Source: Nageia nagi | Taxonomy: Eukaryota > Plantae > Pinophyta | Reading direction: 5' to 3' | NCBI GenBank assembly: GCA_050084985.1 | Contig: JBITNC010000001.1 | Span: 103,726,001-103,790,000, forward strand | DNA length: 64,000 bases | Part shown: piece after piece, positions 1 to 13,644 of the stretch | How the letters are laid out: the number at the start of each line of letters is the position of its first letter | Position numbering within the stretch: the stretch's first letter is position 1 | Program-made: the position numbers and the translations under genes | The notes under the pieces: generated by a model | Seen by the model: the letters and a program-made list of their open reading frames with translations, nothing else | Database searches by the model: none | Told to the model about the DNA's origin: nothing

Positions 1-1814
1 GGAAGTAGGTCCTTTCCATCTTCATTCTTCATGCTCCTTCAAGTAGCCAAGGTTTATTAGATTGAGTAATAAGAAAGGTCTTTGAGTATTGAGGATTAGG
101 ACATCCTTTGACCAAAATTCATCTTATTCTATGTGCATGATAATCTTTTTCAATCAAGTCAATTACCCCATTTTATGGACATCAGGAAGTTTTATGTTCC
201 CTCTAGAATGACCTCCTTTCCTTGATCTTAGGGTAAGCATCATTAATTATTCATTTTTAGTGAATTCTATAATTATTCATTTCATACCAATCAATAGATA
301 TCTCTAGAACGTAGTATGAAGCTATTGTATCATTAAACATACTTGGCCCATTATGCACTTATTAAATATTTATTTCCTTTCCTTGTAAAAGTCTAAACTA
401 TGAATTTGAAAGGATTAATATTTATTACTAACAAGAATGAAATTTATTAAATTCTCCTAACTTCTTTATTTCCATATCCCCATTTATCAATATCAAATTA
501 TTACCATTTCATTAAATCTATACCTTCCACAAACATCTATATTTCCTTTTTATTCTAAAACACATTAGTATATAAGAACAAATTACATCTAGCACATCCT
601 ATGAAGCTCAAGATAAAATAATGATTTCAAAAAGACCTTGGTATGGCCACAAACCTAGATCTATTGGAAATTTTAGTGTTGTGACTTTCTCATAGAGAGA
701 CACCATACCTTGGCTCAACATAAGAGGACTTGGATTAACATCAAGTCGAAAGACCCTCTATTTGGGGAATGGATATGACAATATGCATGTCATTCTTAGT
801 CTATCAAAAATCAAATGTACTTATTTCCAAATGATAGACTTCTATGCCTATACAATGCATTTGAAATCATAGAGAAGAAGAACATGTTTGGTGGCTATGT
901 AACAACTAGGGAAATAGAGAACATATCTAGGGGCCACACAATAGCGTTGGGTACTCTTTACCCTCTATGACTTAACCATGGGGTTTGGTACAAAACCTAA
1001 CAAGGAGTAGTTGACAATTTTCCTCCTAAGGAATGAGGTGATTATCATACTTCTTACCTATAATAGCAACATAGAATATCTCAGAGTTTACAAGGTATTG
1101 GTAAAATATGTATCATTAATTTACATTGTGGTTACTTGAAGGCTTACCAAATCTAGGTGATCTTGTTAGCTATTATTAGTATGGATGAAATAAAATAACT
1201 ATCATGGAGATTGAGCTTCATAGTCTTGTAAGAATCATTGCATTTTCATGCCATTTATTTAAGAGCTCTATCTTCTATTTTGATATGGAATGGAAAACTA
1301 CTCAAGGAACCAAAATAGGTATGAGCAATAGTCTTGCACAATACTAAGAAAGAATCACCCTTCAAGATTCTCTAGTCATTCTCATATTTGTGGTGAAAGG
1401 GATAAATTATAGTAGACTATATACTAAGTAGGATTTCTTTCATTTGATGGAAAATATCAAAGGTGGATAATAGCATCATCAAAATCGAGTATTATGCACC
1501 ATAATTATAGTATGCATCTATTTGATCTATGAAGGTCTTAGTAGCTATCAATGAATCAACACCAATAATTTCCCCACTTTTACCATTCCATGACCATAAC
1601 CAACTCATCCTTGGTACTTGGATCTTTAACCTGACTTCCCATCTTGAGTCAACCTATAATCCATATCATAGAATCTTGAAGACAACATCAAATTGATACA
1701 AATAATGCATATATCCTCTCAAAATTATCCATCTTACAATATAATTAATCATAATCATGTTCAAATTCTCAATGGTATTTGAGTCTTGATAAGAGTAATT
1801 AGGCAGGTTGTGAC
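1..1814 (-). repeat. Decayed LTR-like fragment; nt 1-250 are an inverted homologue of 6110-6364
   Basis: Reverse complement of 1-100 aligns with 6263-6364 (CCTAATCCTyAATACTCA...AACCTTGG...GGAAxTAC). No ORFs. Right boundary approximate. Confidence 0.5.
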
Positions 1815-1840
1815 ACCCATATTGTAATTCTATTTGGGAA

Positions 1841-3190
1841 TTGATAGGGAAGGGTACCCCATCATCCCAATATTTTATTGAAAAAGATGGAGTCCTTTAC
1901 TTTAAGGAAAAATTGGTCATTCTAGAAAAGGGTAATTTGAGAAGTTTGATCATGCAAGAAGCCCATCGTTTCCCATATGCAATGCATTCAAGAGGTATGA
2001 AGATGAGAGAGGAATTAAAATAAAAAATTTATTCAGATCGAATAAAAAGAGATATAGCAAAATTTATGGAAATATGTCTTGAATGTTAGAAGACGAAGGT
2101 ATAATGTCAACATCCAGGTGGATATTTGTATCTAGATGATGTCCTTACATAGAAATGGAAGGTAATTTTGATGGATTTTATTGTTAGTTTACCAAAATGA
2201 GGTTCCATCATGACTCAAGTTTTGTACTAGTTGATAGATTGAATAAGGTAGCATATTTTATACTTGAAAATACCATATATGATGATCCTCCTATAGAAAA
2301 TAAGTTTTCCCATGAAATTTTTATATTGCATGATTTTCTAAGGTGATCATCTTAGATAGGGATTCAAAGTTCACCTTCGTATTTTGTAAATCACTACACA
2401 AGGCATTGGGAATAAAATTAAACATGAGTTCAATGTATCATCCAAATATAGATGGATAGACTAAATTAGTGAATAGGGTTCTTGAGGATATGCTTAGAAT
2501 GTATTGCATGGAATAAAAGACTAAATGGGAGGATTACCTCTACTTAGTCAAATTTGCCTATAATAATGGATACCATTCATACTTGGGAATGGCACCCTTT
2601 AGGGATCTTTATGGAAGGAGATACAAAACTCCTTTATCTTAGAAAAATTAGGATGATCAAGTGATGATCCATCCTAAAATGTTAAACCAAATGGAGAAGC
2701 AATTTAAATCCAATTGAGGAAAGCTCAAGGAAGCTATTGATAATAAAAGAGTTATGCTGATCTTAAGAGAACTCAAGAATTTGGTGTGGGTGAAAAAGTA
2801 TTCTTATGAGTTATACCTATAAAAAGTGTCATAAAGTATACCAAGTTGGATCCCTGATTTGTTAGTCCTTTTGAAATAGTTGAGAAAAAGAGTCAAGTTG
2901 CCTACAAACTTGCTTTATCATCAAGTTTGTTAAAAATGCATGATATCTTTCATATCTTTGTATTGAAAAAATGTGTTTCTAATCCTTCTTATGTGTTGAA
3001 TTTTTTGATTTGAAAATATTGAACCCTTAGGATGTTGAAGTCCTCCTTGTTAGAATCTTAGCTTTTAGAGCTAGGAAATTAAGAAGTTGAGAGATTAATG
3101 AATGTTTAGTCTAGTGGGATAAGTATTTTGAATCGTATTCCACTTGGGAAGATGAACCTATCATGAGAAAATAATTTCCTTATTTTTTTG
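1841..3190 (+). pseudogene. Decayed Ty3/gypsy pol 3' part: integrase plus chromodomain-like tail
   Basis: IMQEAH..PYAMH.RG.KM (zinc-finger start), MDFI..LP, VDRL.KVA, YHP..DG, VNRVLEDMLRMY, WEDYL.LV.FAYNN, and STWED at the C-terminus, with many stops and frameshifts. Confidence 0.85.
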
Positions 3191-3271
3191 AGTAATTTTG
3201 TAATACATTATTAAACTCTATGGTTTGTATTTACAAAGAAAGGGGATTGTGTTCCTTTTTAGGGGGTAGTA

Positions 3272-4539
3272 TGTAACGACCTATCCAATTACCTTCATTA
3301 AGAATCAAATAACATCAAGGATTTGAATATTATTAAGATTATTTAAATTTTGATATGAGTAATTTTGAGTGTATATATGCATTATTGGTGTGAATTTGAT
3401 GATGGATTTAAGATTTTATATTATAGGTTACAAGTTGACTTGATATGGGAAGTCAAGTTAGAGACCCAAGGGACCAAGGATGAGTTAGTTATGGGAATGG
3501 ATTAGTAAGGGTGAGGTAATGATTGGTTTTGGTTTGCTGATAGCCATGATGAGATTCATAGATCATATGGATGCATATTATAATTATGGTGCAAAATACA
3601 TGATTTTGATGATACTTTTGTATGTGTGTGTGCACTAACAAATCTACCTTGCAGGATGAGTTGTCTTCATAGGTAAATATTTGCTTAAAACTAAGACATA
3701 CATTTTGGATTTCGCACAAGAAATAAATTGACTATTTGCAAGGAATATTCTAATTATTTGAATTCAAATTTTAACCAATGAATATTAGTGAAATTAATTA
3801 AAATGAAAAAAGGGTTAGAAGGATTATTTATCTTCTATTGGTGGTTGCAAGGTTATTTTGGAACCTTGCAAAACTAATTGATTTATCTCCCTGATAATTT
3901 ATTTCATTTTGTTAGGTATAAAATGATTGATAAAATCTTTTGTTTCCTTATGGAAGGTGTGTAATTATTTTTGGAGGATATAGGGACTTATAAATAAAGT
4001 TTCCCAAACCTTCTCACAAAAAAATAAAAATAAAATCCTACACCTTACGTATAAAGTATACAAGTTGGAGAAATAGTAATTGGTTTGAAAGGATTTTACT
4101 ACCCTCTAGCTATAAATACTTGGAGGACCCTTAGGAAAGGATCATTGTATTATTTTCCTCTCTTTCCAAAACTTTGGCCTAGAATCCTATGGATAGATGA
4201 ATCTTGTCCTCTTAAGCCTAGGTGCTCTCCCTTGCATTTTAGATATTAATCCTAAAATGCTTAGCTAAGTTGTAAATTTATTTGATATTATTTTACCATG
4301 TTTAAAGAAAGAGATGCTTGATAAAGGATTATGAGAATATTAATGAAAATAATTATTAGCAATAGTCTTACACTTGTTGGATTTTAAAAAGACATATCAT
4401 TTGTATTTATTTGATATTCTTACATGAGAAGGTTTTGTACTCCTTATCTCCTTTATAATTGAAGAAGGGTAAACTCTCTTATTTTAAATTTATTAGATTG
4501 ATTGAGAAGTCTCGAATGCCAATTTATATGGCATACCAA

Positions 4540-4571
<32 letters not shown>

Positions 4572-5932
4572 AAGGACTAGTCATTGAATGTCCTACGCCA
4601 TGTAAGGTCATGGGTAAACTATGTTGATGTAGATCATAAGCCTTCATTCACCTTTTAGCTTCGCTCGTAGGACCTTACAAAACCCCTTTTGTGTGTATTT
4701 TTTGTCCATGAGATAGTGTTGAAAGGAGGTATTGTGTTTAGCTATCCTCAACTTGTATAATATACTTCTACCCCTACGCTAAGTCTCCCTTCGTAGGCTT
4801 CTCCAATGTATTGATCCTTGTGTGCATTTTCCGTCAATGAGATCATATTCGACAATGTATTTTATTATAGATTCCCCTAATTTGTCCACCATGTGTTCAC
4901 TCTATAATCACTGGCATACGATGAGACTACAACTAATGATATATTTTATCAAAGGGACCTCACATCTTCTAGCATGTTTGCCTTGGGCATATTCTGTGAA
5001 CATTGCATTTCTTTTAGACTGCATTTCAATAAGCAATTTGTCAAATAGACCATAATTCCTTTCAACATACCAATTTTGTGCATACCTTATGTTCATTACA
5101 TCTCCTGAGTCTTCATTTCAATGAGGAGTTACAAATAATCACAACATGCCCATTCTGTACCTACCCTATAGTCAAAATAGTGAAACATTCGATCCCACAA
5201 ACTCATAGCCCTCCCTACGTACTAGGTTTTGTGAATACCATGTGATCATTGCAATCTGTTAGACTACCTATTATGAAACATTTTTTTTTTTTATAGAGTT
5301 TTCCCCGTCTACTGCGCCTATAAAACTACGCTTCAAGGAAGCATTCTGCAGGCTCTCATAATGTATTTATATCGTGCATTTCTTGATCCTATTTTGCCTA
5401 TACGATGGCATTCCAAGGGCGCACTCTATCAAATAGTATATAAAATACCCACAAAAAATATTTGGAACTCTATGTCAAGTTTGATACTACGCATCGACGA
5501 AGAATCCTATCAAGAAGTTCATAGATCCTTTTGGTGTTTCCTCCCTGTGAATATCCTGCAATTATTTACATATTATGAGACCGAAATTCGATGAGGCTTT
5601 TATCAAGCAATCCGCAGACCCCTCTGTATATCTGTTGGGGAATTACTGAGTTCCATGAAATTCAACGAGGTAAATGTCAATCAATTTGTAGGCTCCCTCC
5701 ATGTATCCACCTCCATTGATGTCACATTGCGACAAGGTGTTTTGTCAAACACTTACTAAGTTTCCTCCTAGCTTGAGCAAGGCTGCAAATCGAAAAAGCA
5801 TTTTGTTATAATCCAAAAGTATTTATTTTCAAGTATCATGCGCTCACTTAGAATTTTTAGACTACATTTTAATGAAGATATTGACACAAATAATTGATAC
5901 TTATATTATTAAATTACAAATGGGTGGTTACA
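3272..5932 (+). mobile_element. 3' LTR (~2.66 kb) of the gypsy element
   Basis: Preceded by PPT AGGGGGTAGTA (3261-3271). Starts TGTAACGACC and ends GGTGGTTACA (terminal inverted repeat). Confidence 0.75.
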
Positions 5933-7092
5933 GTAATCTACTATTTAAAGTAGGATTTTCAAATTATTTAGGAGTTTAATCCAAAGTAGAATCATTCCTA
6001 AAGTTGATATGAAGATATTATAGGGTCATATTATTTTGAAGGATAAATATGACAATTGATTGGTATTTTAGATTATGAGAGGTTATGGAATATTTTCAAA
6101 ATTATCAAATTATGATTAAAGTACCTTAAAGACCAAGGAAGGGAGGTAGTTCTAGAGAGAATATAAAACCTTCCAAGGTTCTTAATAAGGTATTTGGAAT
6201 TATTGAAAAACATTATAATGCATTTAGAGTAAGCTGCATTATAGTAAAAAAAAATTCAATTTTCCTAATCCTTAATACTCATAAGCCTTTCCTAGTACTC
6301 AAAATCAATGAACCTTGGATCCTTGGAAGAGAATGGAAGATGAATATGGCAAGGAACTACATCCAAAGGAAAAAGACTTAATTAAGTTTTTCAAATACCT
6401 CTATAACGCTATGATGTAAACTTCCCTATGTTGAGTTTAAGGGAACACATATATGATTAAGTGTCTCATATTCCATGATGTAAATTAGGATTTCCCTATA
6501 GTTTCATAGATGATGATTTTTCATGCATTAAACTAAGGTTGAGATGGAGCTATCAATTATGTATTCATAAGTATAATCCTATGGTTCATATGTAAATCTA
6601 TTAGTAATAATCCAAGGGATGTATTTGATTTGATTCGCTCAATGATATATTCTTAAATGTATTTAAATGATATATGGATTAATTGAATCCAAAAATGTTC
6701 CCACATGAATAAAGCAAAGAAAGTATTACTACACCCTTATCTGCATAAGAATATTCATCTATTTAGTGTATAAAATAAAACCATAGTCATGGGTGAAATT
6801 ATAAGAACAATTCTAATGTCCCTAAAGTAATCATAAGCTAAGGTTGTCTTAACCCATACTATATAAGTGATATCATGTAAATTGATTCAACAAGGAGAAA
6901 GGATCTCTAATATGGAGATAATTAATTGGTAAAACAAAGTATCGCTACATTCTTTAGCTAAGTGGGAATTAATAACAAAATGAGATTTATGGAATGACAC
7001 AATTGATCCCTAGACACTTGTAAGTGGATCAAGTAGGATCACCTAGTATCCTTAGGAAACTTTGTATTTATTCAAAAGTGTAACATAACCTA

Positions 7093-7147
<55 letters not shown>

Positions 7148-8484
7148 TATATATGGGAACTCAATAACACATAGTAAGTGTTATATATAGTTAAGTTAAA
7201 AGGATAAAACTTATGATATGGTTAGGATGAACATTAAATTAAGTATTAAGGTTTAGAGATAATCCTTAAAGATGACATAAACTAGATGATAAACCCTAGA
7301 GAGATAAAATAGACTTCAATCTCACCATAAAATTGAATTAAGTATACAAGGATGGAGTTTATGGTTTGTATCAACACTAGGGACAAATGCATAGAAAGCA
7401 AATTAGTCAAAATCTTTTTATGTAGACTCCTTAAATGACATACAAAAAGAATATTCCTTGAGTATGGACCACTCTACATCACACTTCCTTGTTAGAAGTA
7501 GTTAAATTTATTGTTAAATCAAGGCTTGTTATTAGTTTCTAGTAGGTGAAGTTCTTATAAAAAGTATATCTTGCACCACACCATGCATATGGGATAATTA
7601 TAGTACTTTTTAATATTGTTAGTGACTTCATAAACAAGTTTGATTCAAAACTTCTTGCATATGCTAATGAATTTATTACTTATTTTTCAAATATATCTTA
7701 AAATATGAAAGATAGTTTGTTTACCATAAGTTATATTAGAATAACATCATAATGATTAGTATAAGAATGAAACTTAAAAACCCTAATAATTGATTTGGGA
7801 TCAATTATTTCTAGGATCGATAGAACATTGGATGGTTTTATCTTATAACCTTGTTTAAAAACTTATTAGACTATACAAACCACTCGATGGCATTCTTTCA
7901 ATACCCATGGATCTCCAAGATATGGGCATGGGAATTCTAGACTCCATGGTTATCCTAACTGATAGATATGGGCAAGCTAGTATCTCATATCTTTGACAGG
8001 TTATCAGATGAGCATATCAATCGATAAAACTATGGTTACTGAATGAGGGTAACTAGTAATCATACTATCTCCAATTTAACAAATAGAAGTATCAATACAA
8101 TTTCATAGGCAATGATGTTTACTCACTTCATGAGGAATATTTCCTAGGATAATCTATCTATGCCTATGATTTGAAGGGTTATATCGAAAGGATGAATAAT
8201 CTAGTATTCTCTTGGGTGATATGGGCCCCAAGTAGGAAACAACTACATCATGATTAAAAATGTTTGTTGCACATTTCATGAGTAGAAATGGTGGAGTCAT
8301 TTATGTGCCATATTCCAATGGGATGAGAGTTGAGAAATAAACACCAAAAGGATTATGGATCACCTTTTCCATTCCTAGACTATTCGGGTGTTTAAACTAA
8401 ACAAAAAAATTTATCTAAAATTTTAGGATTCTAATGTCAAAAATGGTAGAGAAATGTTATTAAGAAATAGGTGGTACCATTACA
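5933..8484 (+). repeat. Long LTR fragment of a second family, containing (TA)n at ~7096-7155
   Basis: Ends CATTACA. 7900-8070 is the reverse complement of ~62520-62690, in the copy that starts TGTAATG at 62071. Confidence 0.6.
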
Positions 8485-8510
8485 TATGTTCCTTAAAATA
8501 TACAACTAAA

Positions 8511-9528
8511 TGGTGAAAGCAAGAAGTTGGGTCCACTTAAAGGGGAAGTGGGGAAAATTAATGAAGTTAAAATTCAATGTTGAAAAAATGGAGATCTCGA
8601 TTTAGGTTCAAGATCCTAATAAATATCAGAATCTCAATATTTAAAATTTAAATATGTACAAATATTGGGATCTTGATATTTGAATCTTCAATTTTACCTC
8701 ATATTTAGGCTAAAAAAAGGCTTGGTGAGCCAACACTTAGCCTTGGACCTACATTTATATGTTGATGGTAATTTTAATACAAATTCTCAACTTCAAGCAT
8801 ATGTTTGATGGTGTTTTTGATAGAAATTTTTATGAAATTAAAACCCATTGTAGATTAAAAAGTGTAGATTTTAAATATGTAATTTGTTTTACATTTGGAT
8901 AAGATTCTATATTTTTTAATTATTTTGTAGTAAAAAAGATCCATATACTTGAAATATGAGGTTCTCATATTTTCCTAATAAAGTTACTTATTGGGGGAGT
9001 TATGAAAAAAAATTACATAGGAACAAGATTCATAGAATTCTCTATAAGAATAAAAAAAATTAAGTTTAGATCATATTATGTTGGATGGACACGAGCACTT
9101 TTCAAAACCACAAACATGCCTAGTCTAAAATTAATAAAAAAACCATTTATTGAAAAATTATGGAAAAATATCTAGAACAAGAACCAATGTGTTAGGTATC
9201 TTTTCCTAAAAGGATTAAAATAAAATACCATGATTTTAGTCAAATTATGTTGGATGGACACATGCATGGTATGGTCCAAAAATAGGTTTTTTTTTAAAGT
9301 GATTTTTATTCATCTTATTGAATTTTAGCTTTTATAATATGGGTATTGAAATAAATTATATATTTGAAAACTAGACTTTAAGAACTACATTTTTAGTCCA
9401 GCTACCTTTTTCATGATTTCATATCTAATTGCTCCAAATTTTGAGACCAATCATACCCAACTTTTAAAATCAAGGAAAACACTTCCACTTTTTGGCCTTA
9501 AAGTGAACCCAACATCTTCCACCCACTC
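8511..9528. mobile_element. ~1 kb non-autonomous TIR element (MITE-like), copy 1
   Basis: Imperfect ~33 bp TIRs GGTGAAAGCAAGAAGTTGGGTCCACTTAAAGG / CCTTAAAGTGAACCCAACATCTTCCACCCAC. Colinear with 44221-45227. Confidence 0.75.
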
Positions 9529-12500
9529 TAAAAGGATTTCTAGGTATAAGTTAGTTGTATGATTTCAAAGGTGTACAAATGTAAGCATTACAAAATATGT
9601 GAACTAGCCTAGTTTTTCAAAATACATGACCTCATGAAAACAATCATCTAGGTTAGTGATTGGGTGGCATACTAAAGATATAAATAGTACAAATTGAATC
9701 CATTTTGCACCATTATCAAGAGGGAGAAGGAGACTAAATGATCTAAGCAAAGTGCAAGCATAAGTCTTGTGAAGTGCATAATCTAGCCTAGAAGGTGGGT
9801 CACATAGTTTGAAGAAGGTATGAAGCTAATGCTCATAGAATGAGCAACCAACTCATTACCTTTCATACATGTGACCTCAACAAAATTCATGCATGATTAT
9901 CAAGAAAATATACACAAAGATTTTTGGCTAGTTATTAATCGATGCATAACATTTAAAAGGTGCAAATATATTTTTTTATGTTTGTTAAGCTTTAGGGATA
10001 GTCACATGATTCATCTAAAATGATAAAGATACTACTTCCCAAACATGTGATTGGGCCACTATTGTCCAAATTTATGACTTGAACTAGAGATTGAAATTAT
10101 GGAGTCAGGGATCATATCCATGCATTTGGAAAGTGACAGATTTAAAAGAGACATTATGTGATATCAAGTGAAAAGGAATTTACCCATCTTCATATGCATA
10201 CAAATTTGAGTTTGAAATCTTATTATTTACTTTAGAGAAGATTATTAAGGCCGAACAAATTTTGCCAAGATTTGTTAATTTGTCAAGAAGGTTATTGAAG
10301 TAAATTACCAAGTGTTGAAGCCATATTCAGAAGGAGTGCAAGAGTAATTATGAGAAGTTAAGAAACCATAATGTATATATTCTAGAATAGAGTCTCAAAT
10401 CATTCACCAAAAAGCTAAGGAATTAGGTTGGAATCAGGAGCATTTACAAGGGAAGTGAAAAGAAGATGATGTTATTATTTTGCCAAAGAGGAGATGATGC
10501 TAGTATCCTAATAAAGCAACACCTATGTTCATATATAATAATATATATTCCTTGTAAAAGTATAAAAAATATATTCAAAGTGCTCATTTACACACCAATG
10601 TGTAAGTATTTATAGAGTAAGTTCCTTAAAGATGAGTGCTTTGAAGGTAGAAAATGTGGTAGAGAACTAAGTACAAGATAATATAGTGGAGGCTAAAGTA
10701 AGCTTGATGGCATGATCATGGTAATTCAATTCTCTAGCATGGAATAACTTGAGTTTTTTTGACTTTGTTGCTTTTGTCAAAGTTGTACAATGAAGAAGTG
10801 ACTAGAGTAGTAATGTATAGAAATCTTTGTCACCACACAAGAGAATATAGTGACTATCAACAAAATTGATTCCAAAAAAAAAGAAAATTTTAGAGGCCTT
10901 AGATATAAATATCATCACCAAACAATCATAGATAAAAGAAATAGAACACTATAGGGATGGGCTTTCTTCCTAAGTAATCCAATTCCTTATGGAAGAGACA
11001 TGGAAGAATGCCATAAAGAAGTAGATTACTGACCTAAAAGATAAGATGGTAATGCATCATAGGCTACTATTTGGTGATAAAAATCATCAACCTAAAATTT
11101 TAAAAAGTCTTTGGGAATCTCTCTTTTACTTTGACTAGTTGGAACAAGTAAAATAAACAACACAAAATATTGATATCATTAGTGCTAATTAATTTGACAC
11201 ATTTGACATATTAAACATGGGAATACAAAAGGTGCATGCTTTCTTTAATCAAAGCCTTGGAGAACCTAAAGAATCTAGCTAGAAGGAGTAGACTAAGGAG
11301 AAGAAATATCTTAGGGGTCCTTAATTCGATAATTGTGGTTACGTGCATAAATTATTTTGAAGAAACTAAAACTTTTTGTATGACTTGAATTGTGAGGATG
11401 AATTGAGATCTCATGATTTCAAAATTAATAATTTTGGCTATATTTTGTTTTATTAGTTTATAGTCAGTACTTTGGAAATATTAGGTTGTCAAAGGAATAA
11501 TAATTAGACTTTTCCCTTTAGTTATTTTAATTGGTGTTATGTTTGTTAAGATAGTATCAGAAGTTGTCAAAACATGGCCCTTTAGTTATTCTAAGAGATA
11601 TTTTAGGATGACCCTTTAGTTGTTTCAAAGGGTATTTTAGGGTTGTGTCAGTCATGTTAGTTACTTTTTATTAAATGTCAATTGTTAGATTAGGCTAATA
11701 ATTAAAAGACTTAGATGCTATAAGTACCCTTCATGGGTCACTTTTTACTTAGAATGGAATAGAAAGTAGCTTTCTCAAGAATGATTAACCTTTGGTGTTT
11801 GTTCTTGAGCTATGATTCTATTGCTATTCATTTAGTGGTGTTATGGAATACTTTATCTAAAGTGATTAAGTACCTATCAGTTCCATAATTGCATGAAAAG
11901 TATTATATTTTAGAAATTATCTTTTTCTATTTCATTTATATGGTATCTTACTTGTAGCATGGTGATCAATGATTGAATAATTAATGCATATGGTATTGTC
12001 TCTACCATGCTCTACTTTCTACTCATTTAAATTTTAACTTCAAGCATTCTTATTGTGTACTTGTTGAATTTGATAGCTTCATAAAGATTCCTTCCAAACT
12101 CAAGTCCTAGATCTTCTAAACCCTGCAGTACAAGTGAATCATTATCAATCATACTGAATCACTTTGAGTTTCTTTCATTCTTAACCCTTTTTGTTTATTT
12201 ATTTTTCTTTTTATTAACAAACCCCTATAACTTTCATTGATGCAAGTCCTAAAGAGGTCTATATAAACATGTGAGTTAATATTCCCATCACCTTCTTTAT
12301 TTAGATGATCAACCTACCATTTGATATGATCTAGAGGCATGATGGTTCTCTAGTAATTCCAATCTTAGAGGTCATGAATCCAAATAGTCCTGTAGGATAG
12401 TTAGTCCCTTAGATCAAAGATAGTTAATGCTATCTCAACATATATGCTAGTGAGGCCTCTTTCTCTTGCCAAACCTACCTCTATTGTATCCTTATAAGGT

Positions 12501-12879
12501 AGGATATAAATCCACACCAACATATAGATAAGTGCTAGAAGGAGGGCATTTTAACCATCTTGTGTTACAACCATTGTTTTACCTTTCTATTGTTTTACTT
12601 TTGTTGTCATAATGGAACCATTTTCTACAAGTTCATATTTGTAAGATTTAGACTTATTTGATTTACATATAGTCTATACTCAATCCAAGAAAGCTTCTCA
12701 ATAAACACATAATATAGGCTTGATAGGTTTATATTTTAGATATATGATTCTTTTGCAATAAGAAGAAAATGATTCTCATACTGAGGGACTCTCTCAACCA
12801 ATTGTCTCAACTACTGAGATAGTATTCATAGTGATAACTCAGTTGAATACATTACCAATAATATAGATCATAGTGCAAA

Positions 12880-13400
12880 ATATCATAATGGCCACACCAT
12901 GGTTATAAGGGACACCCATTAACATTCTTGTTCAAGATCATACCATTCCCAAAAATACTAAGAAAAATATATATAAATTCAGGCATAGTTGAAGACCACA
13001 TATGCTTATATAAATATATTTTAGCTAGATTGAATGTGATTTATGAAGATGTAGCATGTCAGTTACTCCCATCATCTTTAGATGAACAACATCTTGATTG
13101 CTATGTTAGTCTTGCATATGGTTCAATTACATAATGGAATTAATTAGAGATGATTTTTATTTGTTAATTTAAGATGCCCCTTAATCTAGCCATATTATAC
13201 CATCAATTTACTGTATTAAGGTAAATACCTAAGGAGGAAGTTAGAGTTTTCAATGCACAATTTTAAAATGCATACTCTAGGTTGGTGTCTCCCTATAATA
13301 TTGGACAAAATATAACTATTCAAGTTTATTTAAGATCCCTAGATTTGCTTTTATTTGTAAAGAACTTGTAATTATAAGTTTTCTATAGCATATGAGGAAG
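12880..13400 (+). pseudogene. Ty3/gypsy gag remnant
   Basis: EDHI...EDVACQLLPSSLDEQ.LD.YVSL..GSIT resembles a retrotransposon gag capsid; stops present. Confidence 0.6.
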
Positions 13401-13644
13401 TTGTAAATGTGGAACAATAACTTCTTCCTAAGTTGTGGGTTCATTTAGTAACCCAAATGCATACATTCAAGCTACAAGTTCCCAAAACACATCGAATATC
13501 CCAACTTTACTCAATTTTCCAATAGCCAATAATGAAGTCTCATCAAATTAGATACCATTGCCTTATTATCCTTCAAATGATCCATAAAATGCATTTCTTG
13601 CATTACTTGCTCCTGTAGTGAATCCCAATTCTGAACCATCATTA

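Noticed and set aside
9530-11480. Possible decayed coding sequence
   Set aside because: Too degenerate to assign from the sequence alone.
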